Of a stretch of DNA of 64,000 bases, positions 47,037-60,010 are shown one piece after another; the first letter of the stretch is position 1; each line of letters begins with the position of its first letter. A program made the position numbers and the translations under genes. Source of the stretch: Amphiscolops sp. MND2022 (lineage: Eukaryota); contig OZ076409.1 of NCBI GenBank assembly GCA_964187785.1, positions 87,422,001 to 87,486,000 on the forward strand, read 5' to 3'. The notes under the pieces are model-generated. The model searched no databases. It was not told the origin of the DNA and was given only the letters and a program-made list of their open reading frames with translations.

Positions 47037-49594
47037 ATAGCTCATGTTGGCGCTTTTCTGGCCACCTTTTCTAATTTTCATGATTTCCTCCCAGAGGCTT
47101 TTTTTATTTCATTTTCTGAAGCACCCCTTTTTTCCTTCATTTTCACTTTTTTCTCGTTTCATTTCCCGGGTTTTGTGTTGGCTATCCCAGTAATTATGGT
47201 TTCTCTGTGTTTCACGCTCTTTTTCAACGACCGATGCTGCTCCTGGCCCCGTCTGTCTTCGCCTGCACGTGCTGCATTTCTCAATTGCGGGTAGTGTTCA
47301 CAGGACAGACATGGACCTATCAGATGTGGCAGCCAGTCACAGATGAACATGCCAACAATGAGGGAGCCTCTGGAGCATCAGAAGTTGACCTCCAGAAGCG
47401 AATAGAGATAACTAGCGAACCGTAAAGACGTTCAACCAAACTGCCGACGTTTCTATTCGCTAATTAGACCCTATCTTCGAATTATGTTTGACTTCTCATA
47501 TTTTGTAAATTCATTCTACTGTGTGAAACACTCTAATTGTTCATTCAAAACATCAATTCTCACTTTCTAGAGAAAATATCTATAGGAGAAAACCTTAAGC
47601 TCCTAGAAGAATTTCTAAGATGAATAAAATTTTTCTCTGCTCTTCCTAATATTCTGATCGATGACAGAGCCATATGTTCAAACCAAAGGAGTTTAAGTGT
47701 TCACAATAGTGACCTAAATGACACACAAAATATTTAGAAGTTTCTACAGAATATGGCGTGAGGAATCAAGCAGTTTTAGAACTCTAAAGTAATAGTTTTG
47801 ACTAGACAAAATCGATTCGAATCAATGTATGTATATGCTACAGCAAGACCATATTCATGAGAAATAGTGAAAGAGTCTCTCCAAGAAAACAGTACCTCTC
47901 TGGAACTCCTTGCTAGCATCAACTGGAAATAAATGAGATAAAAGTTGGGGCTAATAGATTCAGAGAGGTTCAGCTCTGCGAAAATTGATTTCCTGTAGGA
48001 GTATTGCTTCCCCCGAACTTGTGATATCGAATTTTCCGCAGCTACATATTCAGCTTATTTGGCTTACGACAGCCAATTGGGCAGTGAGTGAGGCTCATTT
48101 AGCGATACCAAACAAACAAAATTGAGCAAATTCATCGATACTTATGTAGTCTCGCTTCCAGGTCGAAGCCCCGGAAACAAAAGAGTGAATATTTGTTACA
48201 GACTGGAGCTCCAAAGAACCAAATGAAAACAGTTAGGTATCTTGAGGTTTCGAAAGTCGTTTAGATCGAATTTGTTTAGCTCTCGTCGTGACCGAATGCT
48301 TCGCCAGTTTATTGCAAATGACAACCAAAAGACGAAAAGTGAAAAAATTATCAGGTTAAAACCAGGAGACACATGTTCAGTTTGCCACGGGATAGCAAAT
48401 TCTAGTTCTAAACATCAAAGTTACGTAAAAAATTTGACAATAAAGTCGAGCAGAAAAAGTTAACCTTCAGATACTACGAAGAGCTCGGTTTGCTTCTGGG
48501 ATTCCGAAATCTAGGATGTCATAAATTCATTTTGTTTTTGATCCAAGTTTCAGATGGTCCAGGAATGTCTTCGGATGTTGATCGGCGTTTTCGAGCCCAG
48601 TTGAAAGCATTGGGTCTTTTGAAGACATTCATTTCACCAGACAGAGGTTGTTCATCGCAAAGGTTACCCGAGATGGCTTGATTCTCAGGAATATTACTCA
48701 GCAAGAACCAAAGATTTTGGCCAGCCCTTATAGATACCACTTGATCCTGACAAAGTTGCCATTCTGTGGCCTGGAAACAAAAAGGTTCTAATTTGCCTGG
48801 TGATCAATAGTGTGAGTTTTTCTACACTTGACTAGAACAAAGATAAAACAGTTTAGCAAAACTAACTTCACGTCTAAGTAAAACGTACGTTTCAAACAAC
48901 AAAGAACAGTTCGATCTTTAGGACTAGTGGTTGATTACTCCTGTGAATTGCTGTTTTATTGTCAGGTGCAGTTTGTAGCTTCAAGAATAATCTTCCTTTC
49001 AAAAATTTTTTAGTTGGTTCTCAAAGGCAATTCGAATTAATTCAATTGGAAATCAAAATTAATTTTTTTGAGTAGATTCATAAATGGCATTTATGAAAGC
49101 TTGAAACTATTCTCAATAAAATTTTGAAAAAAAATGTTAGGAGGCCTAAAAGATCTCATTGGACTAACAATGGTATTATCAAAAACATCCCACTTTAAAA
49201 ATTCTTGAAACTCTTGAATAGAATCTTCGTGGAAATCACTGGTGTTTTTCTGAAACCACCGGTAAGAATCTCGGCAAGATTCTTATCCTGAGCGCCAAGA
49301 ATAAGTACGATCATTCAAGATCTTGCCAAAAATTCCAAAAGAAAACCTGACAAAAGTGAATGAAAACAAACAAATCCGGCGCCAACTGCGGCTTGATCAG
49401 CGTACCTAATATACCGTAGCCGTTAATATTACCAACGAAGCTATCACCTCCTGAATTTTAATATCACGTGCTGTCCTATAACCAACACGTCAGGGAATGA
49501 TAGTGCATGTTGTTGTGCAAACAATAGCAGAGCAATAGCGAAGTCAGTGTAAACAAAACTGTTTTCAGTTTTGCAAGTTATTACTTAACTAAGC

Positions 49595-49731
49595 TTCACA
49601 CAAACTTCCTTGCATTTCTTGACAGGAGTCTTGGTGAAGATTTTTATCAAGAGTGTTAAGAAATTTCTTAACACTTTTGATAAAAATCTTCATAAAGACT
49701 CCTGTCAAGAAATGCAAGAAGTTTGTGTGAA
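49595..49731. repeat. ~137-bp near-perfect palindrome
   Basis: TTCACACAAACTTC...GTGTTAAGAAA|TTTCTTAACAC...GAAGTTTGTGTGAA, with essentially no spacer and few mismatches. Confidence 0.9.
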
Positions 49732-49863
49732 CCGAGAATAAACACGATTTTATCAAGGCTTTTTAGAGTAAATGGCAATTTGTAAGAAAATGTAAATTAC
49801 ATCTTCTTTGATACTTTCAACGTATACTATTTGTGAATATCAGAAAACAATCAATTCCAGGTC

Positions 49864-50363
49864 TTTTTAGTCGGCGCTTTTCGTTACAAAAAGTGCCCAA
49901 CTGTTACAGTGGCAACCTTTCTTCTTTTCAACACAACAGACTTTACACTGAATTGTCCGCTTTTGAACAGTTACTTAGCATAGTGGCTAGAATGCGTTTT
50001 TCCACAGCAGGAGGTCGCTGGTTCGAATCTTGGAGAACCCAATGGGTACGCTTCTTTCGGCACCCTGCGTTTTTTTTCGAAACAATCAACTCACCGAAGA
50101 TTCAATTTTGCACAAGACATTTATGGAACCTTAAATAGTTCGCTTTTCGGGTTTTTCGATACCGTGAGACTTTGTTCAAAAACAATTTTTATAACTTTCA
50201 TACTATTTATTATGTTTTCAGTTAGAGAAAACCGTTTTTTGAGGCCTCAAGGCACCTTAGGATGTTTCGACAGTAAATTTCTTAAAAGCCACTCTAAACA
50301 AATATATGAGACTTTTCATTTTTTGAGCATATAACGGGGCACCGATTTGAGACTGATATTGTT
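49864..50363 (+). mobile_element. Helentron-like repeat, copy C (diverged), with tRNA-like segment
   Basis: TTTTAGTCGGCGCTTTT...AAAAGTGCCCAACT 5' end. A/B-box-like TAGCATAGTGG...GGTTCGAATC at ~49977-50030. Degenerate 3' end TTTTGAGCAT...GGCACCGATTT. Confidence 0.5.
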
Positions 50364-53169
50364 TTGTTTTAGTTTAATTGTCATTGGTTATCAACTACTT
50401 TTCGACCAAGAAGGACAGATAACTACCATGTAGTTGTATGTCTTATTTCAAAATTTTCCATGCAATTTCTGAATTATCTCCATCCCCAATATCCTGTCGA
50501 AAAGGAAGCTTACTCATCCGGGTCGCATTTTTTTGCTTGTTTGGCGTCCTGAGTTTTCATAACTAGGAAGCAATTAAGGTTTTTTCCTAAATTTTGCTGT
50601 TTCAATTATATAGACAAAAGGTGGAGGTTCTTTCACAGCATTCAACAATAATAGAGTTCATTCTTCCACAGAGTTCATTAGATTCGTCGCATATGTATTT
50701 CCGGAGATCTTCTAATTTCTTCAAAAAAAGTTTGGATGTTTTAGTGGTTATGAAAACCTACAGAGTTCTCCAACAAAACAATTAGCTATATTTCAATTTT
50801 TTCAATTTTCAAATGTTTCATGCATTTGGTGTACAATTTTTGGAACTTCATATGGGTTTCAGTGTCTTCATAGTTGAAGAACAGAATTATTAGCTGCAAA
50901 GAATACTTTTGTAATAAATCAATTTTTCAGAAAAACTTCTTGTAATGCCCAAAAAAACTAATAATACAAACTTTTCTTCATTTGATCGTTTCATGCAAGT
51001 TTTTAAGAGTTTTTGGAATTTTCCAAAAATTCTTTTGATATGAATATCCGAGGTTCTTGCAGAACTTTAGATTCTGTGCCATTCCATCTATGAGAGTGGC
51101 ATGACATTTTTCAATGACCTCATGATTTCATGTATGAATTTGCACGGAATTCTTTCTTACGTACGATCTGGTTAAGTAGTTTTTGATAACCCCACCGACC
51201 GGGTAATAATTGCTTATAAAAATTTAACAATTTCAATGGATATTTCGAACCTATTGCATCAAATGTAATTTCACGTTATCGTAGATCAAACTCCTTGAAT
51301 TTCTATTTCCACTCACGTTGTTCACGGAAAAGTTATTTTTGGTCCTCAAAATATAAACTTCAAAAGAAAGGAAAGTTTATTTAATTGAATGTTGTATAAA
51401 TAAGATTATATTATATGATCAAAAATATATACATTCAATTTGGACAAGGGATGGGCCTACTCGGCTCTTCAAGCCCCTGCCTAGCAAAATACCAGTTAGC
51501 GCGTTTCTTATTCAATGAGGGCTACTTTTGTAACTATGGAGGAAAAAAAAACAAGTACAACATTCCGAATATTAAAATCCTAAAATGACTAACTTGGTTT
51601 TGAAAGGCTGGAAGGCTTCGAAGCTGACTTCTTGGGTAGGCGGCGACAATATTGAATGCCACAAGCAGGCAAAGACTTTCTCCCACAACTTTCATCTCAG
51701 AACGTGTCCGGTGGTGGCGAAACTTGAAGAATACTGAGACTTTTTGTGATTCTGTCTTGTACGCAGAGCATTAAAAGTTATGAGATTTGATTGGGCTGCT
51801 TTGATAAGCTAAATGCCAAGTCTGAAAAGTGTCGCTATTATCTCACTGTTAATTGAACAAAGAGTTGTTGAACAAAGTTGGTATCACAGCTCGTTAATTG
51901 ACTTTCCGGAATCTTAACAAAAGGCAGATAGGCGAATATGAAGATTACGTTGTAAAAAATAGATTTATGACGACTAGTAAATTATTTTTAAGTATTCTTT
52001 GACATTTAAGGAAACGACATTTCCTGATTCGTATCTCAAATCATGTTCAAGCCGGGAATTTTATCAGTGAACTTTGTTGAAATTTCAATATTTCATCACG
52101 GCTACTTGCCATACTTATACCAGAAATGTATAATCAATTGATTTAGATATCGAAAGTCCAAAAGCTTGATGTAGTTGAAGTAACTTGTATTTTTAATTCT
52201 CACTTTTAGTCAAATATCTTGGCATAGACAGTGGACAATCATTAAAAAATAACGATGGACTGTGAATGTTTGCAATAATTATTTTGGTACGTCGGAACTG
52301 TTGATTTTCAACTTCCATAAAGATTTCTTTCAATCGATGAAGGCTTTATTGATCACAAATGGTCGCCGAGTAATACATTCGGCACTGAAAGTAGTTTTAA
52401 ACCGGATAGAACAAATGACCTTCTCTTGATTCAAAATATTTCAGGATTGAAAACGGACCGAACTAAAGATCTAAGTGTGTCCAATCGGAAATTCAATTAT
52501 ATCATCGGAAAATTTTTGATTTTGTTTCTCAGACTTGAACTCAAATTTTATACTGAAGAAAAAGTGTTTCTCCGTAGTTCTATTCTTAGAAGTATTCAGT
52601 TGACACGAAAAGATTTGAATAATATTGAATACCTTGAAGCCTTACATAAAATGGCACCATGAGTAGTCCGCTTTTTGTCTTTATATAACACCCTGTAAAA
52701 CGCTTCTCAAGACATACTTTTGTGTTTTCTCTTTATAATAGAGCTCTATTATCTAGATTACACAACATCAAAAGTAGCTGTTCATAGTACATTGTTAATG
52801 TTTCAATTAAACAAAATTGTATTTCTCCATTTTTATGATTTGGTATCAATATAAAATCAAATTATGACAGACCATTTCACCCAGTTTATGAAATGAAAAA
52901 AGCGAGGTGAAATGTGCGGCTGATTTTGAAGCGCTGTTCCCACATTTTTCTCCAATTCATTGTTATTTCTCGCGGTATTTCAACTTTGAACTTTTTTGCA
53001 GCTAACATACGTCTGATTTCATCAAGAAAAAAATCAACGAGACTGCAATTGCTCTGTTGAAATTCTCGAAGGATCTTCGACGTCAGGCTTTTTCGACATC
53101 TTTTCTTTTTGATTTCAAGACTCAAATCACAAACTTGAAGATATGTAAGTTGTAAATAGATTTAAATCT

Positions 53170-53740
53170 GGTAGATAACTCATACCCTGTTTTGGTATGT
53201 TGTGAAGTTGGTTGTTCTTTCCCGCCAACATTCCATATTGTGTTTATCCTCCTCCTCAGAGTCTTCATTTGAAACTATTGTTTCATCTAATTCGAATCTA
53301 TTTTGACAAAATGGTTTTGCTGGATTCCTTAGTTCGTGCATATTTGATGCTCTGATAGGGTGACTATCTTCATTTTCAGAGCCTGAGTTATCATTTACTG
53401 ATGCGTGAACTCCTATAGACCTATCTCTGGATCTCGACGGTTGAGTGTTTTGTGTTTCATTTGATTCTGACCTTGGATTTGTGATTGTAGATGCATTTTT
53501 GCTGGTTTTGATTTCTTAGGATTGCTTCGAACTTACTATCAATTTCTTCTCTCATTTTTTCTATTCTGTCATTGTTTCTTTTCTCCATTTCTTGTGTCGA
53601 AACTTGGATCTCATTACTGATTAGACTGGGTTCAGTCAGTTGATTTTCCAAGATGTTGGAACCTAAATTCTCCTGATCAACTAAATTAGAATTAGTTAAA
53701 GTCATATTACCTGGGTTTGGGTTTTCTACATTCTCTTCTC
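53170..53740 (-). pseudogene. Fragment of a retrotransposon gag-leader-like coiled-coil ORF
   Basis: ORF 53457-53705 QLTEPSLISNEIQV...RIEKMREEIDSKFEAIL, continuing in shifted frames. It abuts the Gypsy accessory region. Confidence 0.35.
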
Positions 53741-53919
53741 TACTGGGACGTCTTGGCTACATGACGTTCAAAAGAATAAGCAGGACCCTAGAGGACCTGG
53801 AAACCGCACAAAATGACGTATGAAGTTGTATTAGTGGTTGGAATTCTCAATACATTAGAATGGTACGGTGAACGAATAATTAGAACGAAAAACGTAGAGT
53901 AACGAGTATACGTTACTTT

Positions 53920-56900
53920 TCGAACCGCATAATGCCGCATAATAAAAAGTGCATAGTGAGGAGTATACTTTATGCTTCAATCCGTAGGATGCCGCATATT
54001 TCAATTATGAAAAACGCATACTTGCGAGTAATCAACATATCTCAAACCGCATAATGACGTATAGTCATTAGTACATGTGATCATTTGATGATGTCATATC
54101 GCAAAAATGATATTAAATAGAAGCCAATTAGTCATTCACTAAGATTTTTGGGTACAAATGTCTAAGTTTTGACTTAGTCTGACTTTCCTATCGTTCACAA
54201 ACAACTTCATTTACAAAAGGCATCATTAAAAATATTTACTTGACTACAGTAAACTAACAAGTAAAGTTTTGAAAAATCTTTGCACAAGTTCTTCAAGAGC
54301 TAGCTAGACCTTCTTGGTCTATTTACCACAACTTCTGGATGTTGAGATTTACATTCATCTTTCACTGTTGCACTACGGGTCCAGTACAGCTGTATGGCTG
54401 GAACAGTCCCGCTCTTTTAAAGATGAATAGGGCAGCTTCAAATCCATCTATAAAGGCTCTGGAGCGGACCCCGCGGTCCCTGACAGTCTAACCGTCGTAA
54501 GCTGTAGCTGCAAGGTAGTCTCCAAGGGTTTCTAAAGCGATCTGATCATAGGTTTTGCTGCAATATTCGCAGATGCCCGCCACATTGGGCATGACTGTTG
54601 GGAACAGCCTACAGTTGTCTCTTTCATTGATCGGCATAAATAGTACGTTTGTACTGTGTGCTACAGTAAAAGGAAATCCAACTTGTACCATTGGGTGTAT
54701 TGGAATTGGTACTCTAGGTAGAATATTTGGAGCTCCACGTGGAGGCAGTTGGACCACTAAGGGGGTTGCTTTTGACATCGGTGCCCTCTGGGTCTCATTG
54801 TAATTGGGTAAAATTAACACACTCGCTTGCCCCTCATCTTGGCTTGCATCTTGTGTGACGTTTCGCCCATTGTTTACATTTCCATCCCAAGGGTAGAAGT
54901 TTGAAGAGTTGGGATGATAGTTCGGCGGGTAAGTTGGGACTATTTGACTCGCGGTATCAGATTGGTGTTCAGCGTTTCTTGGGGTAGGAAGGATTGCTGC
55001 AGTCGGACGGCCGTAACTATTCAGCCTGATATCAGTATCAGGGTTCGGATCATTTGAGGGTTCATTTTCCAACTCCAATTCGCTGTCAATAAATGAAGGG
55101 AGCGAAGACGGAGTGGATGGCAGATCCTCTTCAACTAATTCCATTAGTTCCCTTTCAATTCTCGTTCCTCGGACGTCTATTGTATCTTGAGTGGACACTT
55201 CGTTTCCTCCAGAGGGGAACAATAATGCTGCGGTAGACCCCATATATGCAGTCATGGGATCTTCTTCTGTCGTATTTACCCTGAACCATTCCAGCAATTG
55301 AGGTACGTTTCCGGGCTCGACAATGAATTCGTTATCCGAATTACTCGAGATATCGATAACGTCGGGTGACAGAGGCGAGTACAGGGTATCTTCTTCCATG
55401 GCGAATTGCAAGTTATTCATCTTGTGAGTTTTTGAGAAATTTCAATTTGGAACATTGTTTTGCAAGTTTGAAAATTTTGTGTTTTCAGGCGACTAGTTTG
55501 TGAGTTTGTAAAGACCATATGGTGTTGGTTATTTCACTTTCTTCCTTCCAAGGCAAGGAAAACTCAAGAAAAAATTGCTTGTCATAGTCTGATCTCCCAA
55601 ATCCTCTTATAAGGGTTTCTTTTAGGCTTCTGATCATGAGACACATGGATGATATCTCATAAACAAATTCCTTTTTAGGTAGTCAAGACTTCATCATCAC
55701 TCGACTTCCACTCTTCAGTGTTCTTCACCGCGTTTCGTCAGTAGTTAAATAATTCGTAAACAAATTTCAACTTAACTTCAAAGCAAAATCGGAAAAGAAA
55801 ATGACGGGATATTTGTCAAAGAACAAAATTTAATCTGATTTCCAGATGAAAATGAGAAATGATCCATGGGGTATATATTGAACTCTCTAAACTAGACCGT
55901 ATCTATCCAAGATCACATGACTAAAAACAAAGAAAATACGAAATGTTATAGAAAATTCCATCTTAGACGTTAACAAATTAAAATCATCATTATCCAAAAG
56001 GGAAATTTCATCGTTCTGTCCCGCACTTGAAAAGTGCGTTGGGTCTTATCATTTTCGTGATTGACTTCATGAGATATGAAGTTATCCGAGTAGAAATACC
56101 ATATGGGCAAAGTACAAAATACAGCATCAAATCAGTCTTTCAATACGTGAACTAAATTTCATTAAAAGAAGTAGCTAAGCAAGTGTGTAGTATATCAACA
56201 TTGGTACTCGTCTCTCGGTGATGGTAAACACGTAGTTTCTTTGGTTAGATTACGTAATACCATTCCATTCATCTATTCTCATTCATCTGCAGTGTTAATT
56301 CATCTCTTTTGTGCATATAGCGAAAACCGCAGGGTGCCGAGTATGCGTCACTGCATGAACCGCACACTACCGCATAATCCAAAATGGTAATCCGCATACT
56401 GCCGTATACACATCATTAGTAGATCCGCATACTGGCGCATAATCCAAATTAATAAATTGCATACTGACGCATACTTGTCATTGGTAGATCCGCATACTGC
56501 CGCATACTCTCGCTTACCAAATCATTCCAATCAGCATAAAAACAATACATGTATACCAGCATTGTTTATTAAAATCATAATGAGTCAATCAATCACGCTG
56601 GCAGACGTAATCGACATTTTGACAGCCAATCAAATCGCAGTATTCTCAACGCATATTTGCGCTTAATCACTTCGTTTGCTCTTTTGCCTTCTTTTGCTAC
56701 ATTAACGCCACGCCTTTCTATTATCGACTTGTCTTCTAAATACATTTTGTGATTACAGTGTTAGTCTATAGTCAAAGTTTTCGTTTCCGTGTGCAGATCA
56801 GCTATCCTTTTGCTTCTTCTTCTTTCGCAACATTTAATTCCTTCCCATTGTGATTGAGATCCTTTGTTAAATTTGGTTTCACCTTGGATTTATTATTCCC

Positions 56901-59900
56901 GACTGCCCAGTTTATATATTCTTCGTTGGAAATGGGCTTGCCCCGAGGAGCTGGACAACCGGGGAAGAGGAAAACTCGTAAGGAACAGGTGCCTCAACAT
57001 TGTGACGGCGGTAGAAGATACAATTCGTCCTTTTGGTCAGATACTGGTTAGTTCAACTTGTTTTAGATTCGAGTTTCAAATTTTATACTTTTGCTAAGCT
57101 GGCCAGGCTCGCAGTCAAAAATATTTCATGCAATGCACGAAACAAATTCAAAATTCTTTGAAACGTTTCCGTTTCTAACTTCTAAGCGACTTCTGCTTTA
57201 CTCATTTCCTTTCCCCGTGTCCGGTTTCAGATAATTTAAGACGGCTTCCGCTTGAAGTTTAAATTTTATCGTAAAAATACTTCAATTGTTTTAGCTGAAC
57301 CAGAATCCCTTGAAAAATCTCCTGACCGTTCCCCCGCAAAAGTTTACACTTCCTTAAGGCCTTCTACTCCCAGCACTTCCTTAACTCCAAGGACTCAAGA
57401 CTCTCCTGCAGAGACACTCTTACAGATTGATGAAGGTATTGCGGTTGTGACTGAAGCTGAGACTTCACATCCTGATCCTTCTCCCTCAACCTCCGCTGTT
57501 CGTCAAGAACTTGAATAGAAGATACTTCGCCTCCTGTTCAGACTGATACGAAGCCTCAAGAGACCCCTGCCAGGACCATGGATGGCAGTGTGTTTAACAT
57601 TAGTCGAGAGATTGTTGAAGAGTTTATCTCACCACAATTGACTCAAGCCATTTCGCACCATTATGGGCAATTGATTGACAGTGAACTTCAGAATGCAGGA
57701 GCTATTCCCCAGGATCATAACACTACATTGGAACCTGAGCAAGTTGATTTTCAGACTGCAGAGCAGGGGGGTTTTGAGCAGGAGGTTAATCCTGACGCTA
57801 CTCTGTCTAGCTTCAGTGTAACTCGACGTGAAATTATGTTACTATCTGACATACTTGGAAGGATTCTCTAATCACACTTAATGGGCAGCATGACTGATCT
57901 TGACCAGCCTCTAGTTTTGACAGTGATAGACGAATAGCCAGAAACATCTATGTTAACTACATCCAGTCAGGGAGAAGTTGGAACATTTGCACCTACTGAG
58001 GAAACGCCACAGACATCGCAAGCTGAGCATGTTGTAGGGAAAGGGAAGCACCGAAGACCTAAATATTCACTCACTGGAGCGATGTTAAAAAACATCCCGT
58101 GCTTAGGTTCTCCGGGACTGGACCACTAGACAAGGAGAAGACGTCATACAAAGGGTGGTGCAGGGTCTGCAAAGCTGAACTCTCACTGATGAGCCGCGGA
58201 TTTCTTGAACTAGTCTCACATTATAGGTCTGAGACTCACCTTGTGAAGGAACATAGAATTCGCATGGGAATCCCTGGAATGGCTTTGTACGACCAAGAAG
58301 AACGTGAATTATTAGGAGAGTCCCTGCAAGAGGCCAAAAAGAAAGCCAAGGACTCTTATCCTATCGCGCCACAGTTAGACCCATGTCGACCCTTAGTCGG
58401 ACAGGAATCCGTTCCTGATTTTAGTGCGGTCATCACCCCAACTGAGAAAATCTTGTCTCAGGTAACTGTCCTTGAGTTTGGCCTTCGACATGGAGGACAC
58501 CTAGATAGTCTAACTGGAATTTATTCCGAACTTGCCCGGCTGGCCACAAGTAACCAGATGTGTGATCAAAACTGGGACCCTCACCGAGTTTTCGTTAGTA
58601 TTTTTCATTTAGTTTGTAAACATTTATATTCTAGCATGAATGCAGTATCTTCAACCATTTTGATTTCTATAGCAGACCACATGTATGCATTACTGTCACC
58701 ATAGTAAGGTACCTAAATTCCGTGGTGTTTACAGGGCATTCTCGTGTATATGTTTCGCGAACTCATGGGCTATTGTGTGACTACAATTTCTTCCTCTGGA
58801 TATTATTCTCTGTCAACACGTCACACTGCCACAGCAACCTTGATTATTCTAAGTTTTTGGTCTGCGAACGTCCTCCACAACGTTTGTCTCGGAAGTGCAC
58901 CCAGGGGCATGTTATTACCCCCAAAGGTTCTCATTCTTCTGTCATCTTTTCTGAGTCTCTTCGAGGAAGTACCCACCTGCATATCTGTGATTGATTTCGA
59001 AGAAAAATTGGGTAGTTGCTTATCTTCTTGCCTCCCAGGAAAACAACGGCCAGCAGTCGTCCGAACATTTGATTCTAGTGAGTTCGAGAAGTGTCTCTCC
59101 CAGCCAACTACGCACATTATAAAAAGACATGACTTTAGGACTATCATAGATTTTCTCCTAATGAAACTGAGGACCGCCCTAGACCGGGACTGGCTGAAAA
59201 AATTACGCACATTGTATAGGGTAATCCATCTCCGCACTTGAACTTGGGATTATCGCTTGGCCTATTATACGTAATTTCATTTTCCTTTTAGAGCGTCCTC
59301 CGGTTGGAGTACACCCTTGATGAGGCGTCGATCATAATAGAGAACTTGTCCAACAATTGGGACTACGTCTGTGAACACATGGCTCAAGTATCCCGACTCC
59401 CCTCTAACCGTTTCCACATGCGAGAGGTATTTACCGCACCTTCAGGGTTTAGCTCTCATAAGAAGCCAGTCCATTTTCGTTTTCTGATCATTCTTCCCTT
59501 AATTTCAGTCAAACACCGTTGACGAGTGTTTCAAATTGGACACGGCTTACCTGGCTCGCCTTTTTGTCATAAGATGCGTACTTGACCATTGTTAAGTTCC
59601 TTTTCTTTATGTTTTATGCACAATTCCAATTTCCTGTTGTTTTGTTTTAATGTTGTTCAGCTTATTCCGTTTATCATTTTAAATTTTCTATTCTTGCGTA
59701 ATGATGTGCATATGAGTCTACTCGTATCACAAGGTACCGCATGACCAATTTTCCCAGCTTTGGATTGCGTGCAACAAAGCCACATTGCTGATTCCGCGTA
59801 ATGCCGCATACTCACTGTGGCTTGTTCCGCATAATGACGTATAGTTACTTCTACTATTTCCGCATGATGCCGTATAGTCATTATACCTTGTTCCGTATAA

Positions 59901-60010
59901 TGACGTATAATTGTTTCCACGCATAGTGCCGTATAGTCATCATAGCTTGTTCCGCATAAAAGCGAGTAATCTTCACACTGTGGATTGTATAATACCGCAT
60001 GATCTTCGCA
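53920..60010. repeat. Three clusters of degenerate CCGCATA(A/C)TG(C/A)CG(C/T)ATA tandem repeats (53920-54065, 56325-56510, 59735-60010)
   Basis: The motif CCGCATA/GCCGTATA/GACGTATA recurs many times in each cluster, always on the + strand. Confidence 0.8.
54362..55420 (-). CDS. Unknown accessory ORF downstream of Gypsy pol (acidic/Pro-rich N-terminus, CxxC C-terminal domain); one in-frame stop at 54488
   Basis: 310-aa ORF ending AGICEYCSKTYDQIALETLGDYLAATAYDG*. The frame continues TVRDRGVRSRAFIDGFEAALFIFKRAGLFQPYSCTGPVVQQ to a stop at 54362. Confidence 0.55.

Noticed and set aside
51375..52700. Possible highly decayed LINE (faint KAF and DLG-like traces and a structured 3' tail on -)
   Set aside because: No continuous frame or unambiguous RT motif; cannot be supported without a profile search.
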